Below, piece by piece: positions 50,565-61,028 of a stretch of 64,000 nucleotides of DNA (its first letter is position 1; every line of letters starts with the position of its first letter). Under the pieces are notes generated by a model. It was not told the origin of the DNA, did not search any database, and saw nothing but the letters and a program-made list of their open reading frames with translations. The position numbers and the translations under genes are program-made. This DNA comes from Balanoglossus misakiensis (Eukaryota; Animalia; Hemichordata): assembly GCA_040954595.2 (NCBI GenBank), contig CM082579.2:15104550-15168549 (forward strand). Direction: 5' to 3'.

Positions 50565-51451
50565 GTGAGTATCACAACTTTAAAATGAAAGATTTTGCAA
50601 ATTTAAAAAAAATATTGAGTGTTTTGACATGCGTCAGTGGTCAGTAACACACAAGCTGCATGATAAGAGGGTCACGAGAAATTGTAAGCCGCAATGTATA
50701 ATGGATTAACTCCATGACCTATGCGACCTACGAACTGTGACGTACAGAATTTATTTCTACGTGTAATGCGGTCTGCGGCAGTGAGCCACAGACCGCATTG
50801 CGAGAGCAGTGAGAATTCACCACAATGCAAACTTTCTGAACGTAGGTTGATCTTCGAATGAAATATTACTTTGTCACCGGTTTTCCACATGGCTACACTG
50901 TAAAATTGGGTGACGTGTTCGTTCACAAGTGGAATAATTGTGAGTAGTAAAGCACGCGAAGTTAAGCAACGAGCACGTTTTGAAATGCGCGCAGATGATC
51001 CCAGTTTAGCAAATTCCATTGCGTGCATGCAAAAAAAATAATACTGTACCGGGGGTGAGCCTACTTTCTTTCCATACAGATACACGTATATGTTGGTTAA
51101 GGTATGTGACAAACAGTTTTCATGTAACAGCCAGTGATGCTGACCATAAAACCAGCGCAGCTGATGCTTTCATCTACAATTTGCAACATGGACGTTTGTG
51201 TCTCTGCATGTGTCGTGCATGTTACTGCTGAACAAAAAAGATATGCGGGCACCACAGGCTGGCGAAAGCGGTGCTCACGTGCTCTGCAAGCTGATGTTGT
51301 CACTAAATTGGCAAAGTATTGTACACATGGAGGAGTTTCTTGAGCTGTCTGTTGTATAAATGTCGGTTGTGAGTACATTATTTTTTATTTTATTTTAATA
51401 ATTTTCAAAGCCCCTATGATTGAAGCATATTATTACGACTCATCCGTTCAT

Positions 51452-51510
51452 CATTCATTCATTCATTCATTCATTCATTCATTCATTCATTCATCCATTC
51501 AGTCAGTCAC
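51452..51510. repeat. (CATT)n microsatellite
   Basis: Direct observation. Confidence 0.95.
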
Positions 51511-54019
51511 TGTACCAATTGAAGACGCCCTTGTATAGGAGAATTTAGCTATGTACTGACTGTCTTTTCATTTTTTCTTCATCCTATAGAATCTACCGAC
51601 CTGGTCGCTGTCAATAACAATTCAACTCCTTAAACATCCTGTGTGTGTGAAGTCTATGAACACTGGCCATGCATTTCAATTCAAGGACAAAATGAATGCG
51701 CAATATTTCGTTTTATCGAGAGTAATGTGCAGTGATTAAATTTGCTAGGGCTCTCTTAGCAGATTTGGAGTTAGTCATTTTGGTAGAAACTTTTCGAGAT
51801 GGGAAATCTTTGGTCATCTAACCAAGTTATTTGTATTTTTGTTATATAAGACAGAGTCATTTCTATATCATAGATGCAAGTTTAATTTATAACATGAATT
51901 TGAATAAAATATTTTTTTTTAAATATCACCACATGAATTTGAATAAAATATTTTTTTTTAAATATCACCAGATTGAAATCTTTGGAAGTTTGCACTTAGA
52001 GGGATGGCATGGCAGTTTTCCACTGTTCATATTACAAAGAATTTGGCGTCACGTGTAGATTTCATGAGTGTTCGAGTTTTGCTCTTCCCAGCCTCGTACC
52101 CACAATCCTCTGATACTTACACTTACGTCAGTTCTATAGCCGCTGACCCACTAGATTCTCCTTATGAATTGCCCAAATTATTTGTTGGTATAGTTTTGAT
52201 AGTTGGTGCACGGAAACTTTTGATCGATTCACGAAATTCAAAATATGTTACATCACAAACCTCATAAAATGGAGGCTAGAGTAGCCTGTTTGTTTTCAGG
52301 TAATTTTACAATTACCTCAATTACCTTTTTTCGAGGGAGGGGGTTAAGAAAACATACAGATTGAAATAACAAGGAAGTGGTATATCAAACCGAAACCTTA
52401 TCTCAATCGTGATTCTAGAGTGTTTCCATGTCATGTGACATCCACAAAAATGTGGTATTATCTTGAAAAGAGTCCCGATTTCCCAAACTGGTTTTGCGAA
52501 TGTACTTCACTTTGGAGCAATGCATGAGTACATTCGTAGAAAGATATTGCTCCACTATTTACTGACACTCCTCTTGTACTGCAAATATTACTGCATTCTG
52601 TCAGGGCAAGACAAAAGACACAGCAGAACTGGCAATTTCAATAAACATGTAATAACAAATATATGTAACATTGAATGAGGTGTCCATACAGCTTGGTCAT
52701 TTAAAGACCTCCAGTCATTGTGACAATGCATAAATATTTATGTACACCATGTTAAAAATTAGTTCAGGCATACCTTATACATGTATGTTTTTGACTGACC
52801 ATATCCTCAGCACGCCCTTTTTTTCAAAAAGACTATCATTATTCTCTGCCAGGCAGAGAGTTGCCGCTTTCTTGTTAACAATAATATACTATTATAACAT
52901 TGCATAGATTCCTGTTTGTTTCTGTCCATATCTCACAAACTGTGGTGTGCATACTGTTGAAATGACCTCAAGAAGAAAATGCCAAATGGAAAAATATTTG
53001 ACATACTAACCTGTATGATAATGTTATACGGTACAATATATTTAACGGTTCCAATCCAATGTTGAGAACTAACAAAACAATTTGAGCAGAATTCATTTAA
53101 AATTAATTGCAGTTCCGTTTCACCGCATTTCATAGGATGCTGGCTAAAATTCATACTATGGTGGATTACCTGTTATGCATTTCTTTCCCTATTTCGTCTG
53201 GCAGATTTGAGTTTGACAAGCTGTCATTTTCCTTTCAGCTCCGCAAAATTGATGGATTTACTTTGACAGCACACAGACTGTCCATTTGTCATCGGAGATA
53301 CAAGCAGCATCAGGTGCTGAACAGCTTGCAGCAGTGTTGGAAAAGAGTACACAACACTAACTTGCAAGAGTGCTTTGGCCCTTTCTTCACACTGTCCGAA
53401 ACTTGTTGTGTTACATCATTGCTTAATGAATAAGAAATACACAGGTATTTAGCGTTCTATTCAATACCTACAATAGATAAAAGGGTGTCGGTCTGTATGC
53501 GACAATCTTCAATGTTCTTATGAGCACAAGGCTTTATTCAGGGAACGTTTTACAGTAAGAATTATATGATATAAACTGAATAGGTTTGCTGTCTGTCAAC
53601 TCTTCTGTCTTTGTCTTACCGATACGGTTCTAACCGCGAACACTGAGGCTTCTCTGCTCGTACACAGTATAAATCAATGGATGATAAAATGCGCCCTCTT
53701 TTGGTGAACTCTTCCTACCGCCCGACCTTCTACCTTACATTAAGGCATGTAGGGCGGTCAGGTAGATGGCAGTGTATTGCAAGCGTCTCTTGCATATTTT
53801 TTTCCGCCAGGAATGGCATACATTCGTTTTTGGCGACACCACAACTGCTGGAACTTCTCGAAAAATTGAGAGCCGGATTTCATAAATGCTCATGTTTTCC
53901 GAAGGGCTGAAAGAAGATCCAGAGTGGAATATTTAAATTTGCCTGTGGCAGACATCATAGTGGCTGCCAGTTATTCTATTTCTTGTGCAAGAGATAGTAT
54001 CTTGTTCCAGCGAGATGTT

Positions 54020-54140
54020 TTCTCGTGTGCACGAGAAACATGCTATCTCGTGCATATCTCGTGCGCACGAGAAAATTGCGAGCGCACTCGTGTTCACGAG
54101 AAAATATCACATGCACACGTAAGTCGTGCGCACGAGATAA
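54020..54140. repeat. Cluster of 14-16 bp dyads TCTCGTG-NN-CACGAGA
   Basis: At least four copies, at ~54021, ~54057, ~54087 and ~54124. Confidence 0.8.
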
Positions 54141-55208
54141 AAAATGTGCCCTGTAGTCTTTCTTAGGACATGGTAGCGTGACGTCGCATTGTAATTAACG
54201 GACGATCTTGGAAATTCGGCTATTAATGGTGAATGGACTTTCGCCTCCTTCGAACAACAACAGAGACTGACGTCGCAACAATGACAGAAAAAGTGAAGCA
54301 AATGGCCGACAAAACGAAGAGAATCGGAAAACGGGCAGGATCCTCGGCACAGACATCTGGGAATAATACCACCACATCAAATAGAACGACGAGTAGTGCA
54401 GGACAAACCGCCACCAGTGACTATGACAACAAGTCTGAAGGCGATGCTGGCGAACCCTTGCACAATACAACTACAGTCCTACAGAGAAATGCAGCCCAGC
54501 GCCACTCAAGATTTTCCATTCCTGGTCTGGCAGCAGCCAAAATATGCTGTTGTTTTTTCTCTTAGAAGCGACCTCAGTCTGAGCTGCATGAGAATAAACT
54601 GTAGGTTGGGAATACAACAAAAAAACACGCAGTCGCTGCGGTCAACACGTAGCTATTAGTTTCATATAGTATTATGTTCGCTACAGCTCGGAAACCAAAA
54701 TGTGGTACAACTTCAAGCTACATAAACTGGAAAGCATAGTACGTGCAGAGCAGACCATGGTGACGAAAGCAGGTATTCTAGGTCGTAAGATAAAAACACG
54801 GCGCTAGAAAAACAGTCATCAAAAGTTGCACGTGTTCCCCGGCCACAAATAATGTAATTGTTGGCGCACAGAAAGTCCAGTCGATAAACGTTTACGCTAT
54901 AGAAACTCACTCTCTCAGCAAAAGTCTGACACCCTCGTCAATGACAAAACGCAAACCGAGCTGGGTATGATCAAGTCAAACATAGGGCCAATCCCCACTC
55001 TGTTTTATTATTTTCCACATACGATGGTTCTAAATAAAAATGTACCTATTTGAAATGCTTACCGAGGTAAGATCATTGAAAGTTTTCAAACGTTGATGAC
55101 AAATGTATAACTGATTTTTTACAAATGAATAATCGCGCACTTGCATGTTATTTTCTCTATACCAGACACCGCGCGCGCGCCGTTGGCAAAAAAAAAACGC
55201 GGAAAATT

Positions 55209-55406
55209 ATTGAGCATGCGCAGTCGATACTTCACATTGTAAACAAGATGGCGTCGCTGCCTATGCTTCTGGACCGCTGTCGCCTGACTATGTCGGCAAA
55301 GAAGAGACGAATTTAACCATGCAACGCCATATCGGAAGACAGAATGATCGCGAGATGAAACCGGGCTATCCAACGATTAGGCAGCCATGTTGACTGATTT
55401 GTATGT
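55209..55406 (+). promoter_or_regulatory. Mirror copy of the outward-facing promoter/first-exon-like segment
   Basis: GCATGCGCA and CAAGATGGCG are present; the donor position reads GTATGT at 55401. Confidence 0.38.
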
Positions 55407-56855
55407 CGCCGAAGTAATTATTTGCCATTGATTTGTTTACCAGAAACGGTTTGCCTTTGGAACACATTTGGCCTCACCGAAATTGATTTCAGAGGTTTTT
55501 TCCCAAAAACTAATGACGTTCGTTTTCACCTGAGTGCGAGGATGGATTGAAGGGACACAAGCTTTTGTAGCCACCAATATTTTGACACTCTTTATATCAA
55601 TGTTGAGCTGGCATATTTGCTCCAATATGATGTAGTGTACCTGTTGCATTGAAATGAAGCTGTAATAATATTACAGTGCAATCTAGTCCTTTGGGTTAAT
55701 AGGAAAACGAGGTCAATAAATGACAGGTTTATTTAAATACAGGATATATTTATCACAAGAACTTATGCATATGTATGAGATACTTATTTATTTTTAATTT
55801 ATTTTTTATTTTTTATTTATTTTGTACGTTCAGGTAATCATATGGATTTGTATGGAATCACATACACATTAATTGAAGACTATCATATCACAGAAGTCGA
55901 GCCGCCAGATGTGTAAGGTAACCATTTAGGTTTCATGACTAAGTTTGTTTAAGAATTCATAAAGCTACCCAATGAATGAATTTCCTTAAAATTTCACAAA
56001 TGTGACAGAGTTTGCAGTTGTGCAAGAAAGTGTGTATTATTCACATAAGAATTTTTTCGTATGCATTTTTCTGATGGCAATGCATTTGACTGTAAACAAA
56101 TATGGATGTCAGTTAGTAGTGCTATTTTGTCAGTGAAATGGCTTCATCATCATCCCTCCAACCAAAGTTGAAACAGAGTTGCAAATATTGCACAGCTTGA
56201 AATCATAAAATGTTGCAAAATTGAACCAACCCTTTGGTCAACGATTATGTTCTTACAGCTATTATTAGAACCAGACAGTCTCAGGGAACAAGAGACATGG
56301 GCCTGATTTGCAAGTTGAGTTAGAACTGCCTTTGCCTGCCCACGGACGCCCCAATTTCAGCAAAAATTATTGCATTAAAATATGAGTATGGAGAACTATG
56401 CTCTGTGTTTCTTTTGTTAGCTTACATAGCTGTTGTCATTCTAGTTTTTCCTCCGTCCTGTGAGCAGAGTTTCAGTTGCGAAAACCGACAGTTCTCAAAG
56501 TACAAAAGTACACCTAAATTGCCTCGGTGATGAGCATGCAGAATTTATCTGATGCTTCTTACTGGCAGAAGGACCCCACCAGTTGCAGATTGTGAATTCC
56601 ATGGCACAAGGGAATTTACGCTTTGCGTTCAAATATAAATAATTAAATCCTGTAAAATTATTCTATATGTTATTTATTGATGATTCAAAAGTGTTATGAC
56701 TGATTGTGTTAGAGTACCTGTATTCCATATAAGCATGCTGTCAGTGCACATCCGATTGATAACAATTTCACATTTTTAAAAATTTTCTTCTCTGAATAAT
56801 TATGAATACATAAAACTTCATATGATATAAATTGTCCTGATATCGTAAACATTAA

Positions 56856-57310
56856 ACCCCGATGCGTGGTATAAAAGACCCCCCAAATCAGTGGCGAATC
56901 TTAATGCCGTTTGACTGACAACAGACAACACCAACGATCTTGGCTCTAACGATCTTGGCTCTATGAAAATCGGCCCAAACAGATCCAAGCATAAAGAATT
57001 ACACCACACAACGACAGTGGTTGGCTTTATAAACACACACAACATAAAGTTATCGATGAAAAAGTACACGAGCTTTTGAAACAACGATGATTTTGGGAGA
57101 AATCTGGTTTCAGTGCTTTTCAGAAGCATCCCTGGGAAACAATAACCACGCCATTCAAACAGCTGTCAATCGCATAGAGGTGTAAAGTGTTCAATTATTT
57201 TCTATGTACATGATATCAATTACACAGTTATTATGCACGACGACCACTCCCAAATAAACAACTGTACAAACACACGTTAATCCGAACCCCAGTACTTTCC
57301 GCACCGGGGT
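56856..57310. mobile_element. 455-bp MITE with TTAA target-site duplication, right arm only
   Basis: TTAA|ACCCCGATGCG...CGCACCGGGGT|TTAA. The left arm has a single TTAA at the empty site (~47099-47102). Confidence 0.85.
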
Positions 57311-57358
57311 TTAAGGCCTAATGCTAGTGTCACAACATTGATTACCAGACCGTTTCCC

Positions 57359-57406
57359 TATGTATGTATGTATGTATGTATGTATGTATGTATGTATGTA
57401 TGTATG
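57359..57406. repeat. (TATG)n microsatellite within a HINE-like repeat
   Basis: Direct observation; the counterpart (CATA)n is at ~46990-47025. Confidence 0.95.
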
Positions 57407-58417
57407 CAGCCATGTATGCATGTGTTTGTGTGTGTGTGTACATGTGTGTCTGCATGTTACATGTATATATGGATGTATGTCTGCCCTGATCCAAAACATG
57501 AAACCACGCTTTTTGTATTTTGGTGTGTAGATGGGATTTTGCTTAAATGAAGTTGTCATTGCAAAAATACGCAAATAACCTGTGAAATATGTGGAATTGA
57601 TCAAAACTCAACAACTGGTTAGACTGCTTTGAACATTTGTATGCATGTAGGTAATGTCATCATACCTGATATACTTTGAGTTTATATCGTGAATTGTCTA
57701 TTTTTTATGCAATTATTTTGTCTTGTTTTACCATTTGAAAAAAAATCTTTTCCTCTTAAAGAGATTGGCTGATTTCTTTAGAATTTAGTATGACACTTCC
57801 GGTAGGTGATCATAGTTGGTTTTGTTTAAATTGTCGCAGAATTTGTAATCTGTCATTTTTGGTCAAAATTCATTTTCTGAGAAACTCCTTAGATTGCTTT
57901 TAAATTTTGGTATGCTTGTTCCAAGAGGTAACCCAAGTAATGGTGTATATCATTTTGGTGAAATTTACATATTGTGGTCTTGGGGCAATTTTTGCAATTT
58001 GTATTCTTTGAAACTACTAGTCAGATTGCTTTCAACTTTGGTAGGCGTGGTGATTGAAGTAGATATTATACAATTTGTTGATAGTTGGATAGATGTGGTT
58101 TGAGGCAGTTTTTGTCATTGTTGAATGTTGTTTTCCCTAAAATACTTGTCTGGTTCCTTTGAAATGTTCTTACAGAAGGTCATATCTGCTTGCCAATGTC
58201 ACATGATTTTTCCCATGAACACAGACATACCTAATTTTGTGTAATCCCCAGATGGGACCACAGTGTGTAATAACCTGACCAACAGTGACTAGTATATCCT
58301 GTGTGTTATACAGTACTTCTCACAAGGTTGAAGTACATGTAGACTGTTGATGATTTTTTGCGATTCTTCAGAAACTTACAATACAGAGTCTAATGTGGTA
58401 ACGTCCATGGTCACATT

Positions 58418-59805
58418 AGTCCTGTTTCAAAATGACCTACATTACACGTCCTATACACATGTATTGCATGTTTTGATTGGTTTATCCGCTTCTCTTAGGT
58501 CCACTTGCGGCACGCTGATTGGAGGGACCTTGTAGGTTAGGTCTTATTATTATGTATTATTCACTAGACCTTGTAGGTTAGGTCTTATTACTATGCATTT
58601 TTCGCTTTACAGCTCCCTGATTGGTTAACGTGTCAGTCTGGTCCCCCATGTGTTCACTGCCTCATAATACAGGACCTTGTAGGTTAGGTCATATTAATAT
58701 GTATTTATTCACCATACAGCTCCCTGATTGGTTAACGTGTCAGTCTGGTCTCCCAGTGTTCACTGCCTCATTGTGAAATGTCCCATGTGCTTCCTGGCTA
58801 GCGTTGTGGTAACACATTATTCGGGATGTCCGCAGATCATTCATTAATTTTCTGAGAAATAGCCTGACTGATACTATCTCCAACATAAACCGCACCCTGG
58901 AAAGATTAAATGATTTTTAGATGGACTTTGAAAATCTGATTAACACATCTAAGCATTTTTGCTAACAGTTGTATATTTTCTTAAATCACCCTCCTACTTC
59001 TCATCATCAATATTATTATTGTTGTTTTACTATTTTGAAGTAAATTTGTTTTGACGTAGATGTTGTGAAAAGGAGTACGTTGTCTGTTTATACATTCGTA
59101 TATTGTTTTCATAAAAATGGAACTATGACGGTGCAGCTTCGTGAAAGAAGTACAATAAAAGTAATCATACCTGTAAAGCAACTAATGAGGTATCCCAATT
59201 AAAGAAATGCAATGCTATTCTAAACAGTTCTATTGTAAGATATTTTTGGTTTGCTCGAATGAATAGCACACACTTCGTATTCAGCCAGGTGTTACACGAA
59301 GTGATGCGCTGAAAAGCATTACGTAACAAAACACTAGCCCATTTCAACAAACCGCCACTGGAAATAAAATAAAAAAATTCTCCTGGCAATTTTTATTTCG
59401 AGTATCTAGTTCACAGTATCACAAAAAAATGCCATGAATAGTGAAGGAAAGGTTAAATCCAATCATTATATGAGTGCCTTTCTTTATACACTGGGATCGA
59501 GCTTCGACAACGCGCAGGCAGCATGCCAGACAGAATACGACAACTGTATTCAGAAGGACAAAAGACTTTGCATAACGAGGCAGTGAAAATTGGAGACCTA
59601 CACATTAACCAATCAGGGAGCTGTAAAGTGAATAATACATAGTAATAAGACGTAACCTACAAGGTCTAGTGAATAATACATAATAATAAGACCTAACACA
59701 TAAGGTCCCTCCAATCACCGTGCCTCAAGTGGACCTAAGATTACCAGATGGACCAATCACAGATGTCGGTACATATGTCATGGACCTGACTTATGAAACA
59801 TGACT
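58418..59805. mobile_element. 1388-bp non-autonomous TIR element with a 3-bp ATT TSD (PIF/Harbinger-related, Pangu-like), right arm only
   Basis: ATT|AGTCCTGTTTCA...TGAAACATGACT|ATT, with long subterminal inverted repeats (~58495-58633 / ~59600-59740). The empty site (45989-45991) has a single AAT. Confidence 0.85.
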
Positions 59806-60822
59806 ATTCAGAACTACCTAGTCTATGCCCGGCAGTGTTCTGTCCGCTTTGCTTCCAAAACTAATGTCTGGCCTCACTCATGCCACTTGCCCAATAAACT
59901 AATACCCCTTGCTGGGAATTATGATGTAACTAGCGTCGCTTTGAAGCCTATCACATTACTGAACAGTGTTGATTTGGTGTAAGATTATAGTGAAGGCAGG
60001 GCTTATTACATTGAAAATGCTACCCAACCTTAATTACACGTATGTATATCCTTTGTCTAATCATTGGAAAAACAATGTACATGTACCAAAGACTAAGTAG
60101 CTATTTGAAGGTGAATCGCAAGTGGGCACTTTCATTACTTAACCTCAAGCAGTCGGTTAGCTACCGTATACTAAGACAAACATTCCTGGTGTAATTAACA
60201 TCACTGTCATTAGTAATATCTATCTCCAATCAGTATCAGTTCTGCCTTTATGTTATTTTAAGTCAATTGTCAAGGTTCATGTACATATATTACAGCTTAA
60301 CTGTCTTGTCAAAAACTTACGCATGTACATGTACCTAATTCTAGGCTTACCTGTAGGGTTAGAGATACAGTGTTTTATATTAATATGCATTAATATGAAA
60401 CTAAAATTTGATGGTTAATTTAAGACCCCCCTGAGCAATGGTAACCTCGTTAAATATGTGCATATCTAATTCTAGGCTATTCAGCTGAAGTAGAAACCTG
60501 GACATGGACAACTTCGGGGTCAAAATCTTTTGACAAACATTTGTGTGATCTTGGGTAAACTTTGACCTACATTCCTATATTTTAGCATCCGGAGCAGATA
60601 CAACCTTGACACTTGGAGTGATGGAACTATTTGATTGAGTATTATGTCTTGCCTCATTAATTATGTACTTACCTAATGCCAGCCTAACCAATAGGGCTGG
60701 AAGTCTGGCTTTTTGGACATGATAAATTTGAGATCAACATTTTTCTACAGCAGCCAGCCTTCTCTTAAAAAGAATGGACAATATAAAGGCTTTGATGGTA
60801 TACTGAACTTTTGACTCCCTCC

Positions 60823-61028
60823 CTGAGACTGTGTGCCAATGACGGGATAGCCTACTCAGCGTTGGGTAGATCCTAAGAAGGCCTCAGCCAGGCATCAAAT
60901 ACAAAAAGCGGAAATCCAAGCTTTAATGGTGGGTTACATCGTTAACTTCCCTGCAGAGCTGATTTCTCAGACTGTGAGCCAATGACGGGTAAAGCCCCTA
61001 GGTAGGGGCCACCTAAGACAGGCCGGTC
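60823..61028 (+). ncRNA. Candidate structured RNA: two related stem-loop motifs (60823-60887, 60969-61028)
   Basis: Mirror copy of 44784-44989. It lies between a TTTTTCTACAG acceptor (ending at 60750) and AATAAA (61202-61207). Confidence 0.45.

Noticed and set aside
51891-51971. 40-bp tandem duplication
   Set aside because: An ordinary local slippage event.
54233-54565. 110-aa T/S-rich ORF
   Set aside because: Low complexity with no motif or splice support; cannot be assigned.
48764-55373. Paired ORFs 48764-48952 and 55119-55373 as a conserved small protein
   Set aside because: The similarity follows from the inverted duplication and ends at the arm boundary; no domain is recognisable.
60823-61028. 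Canonical SECIS pair, H/ACA snoRNA or a known small ribozyme
   Set aside because: There is no apical AA 11-12 nt after AUGA and no selenoprotein ORF. The pocket-to-ACA distance on the other strand is too short and the G-U pairs favour this strand. No hammerhead, twister or HDV core was recognised. Kept only as an unclassified motif.
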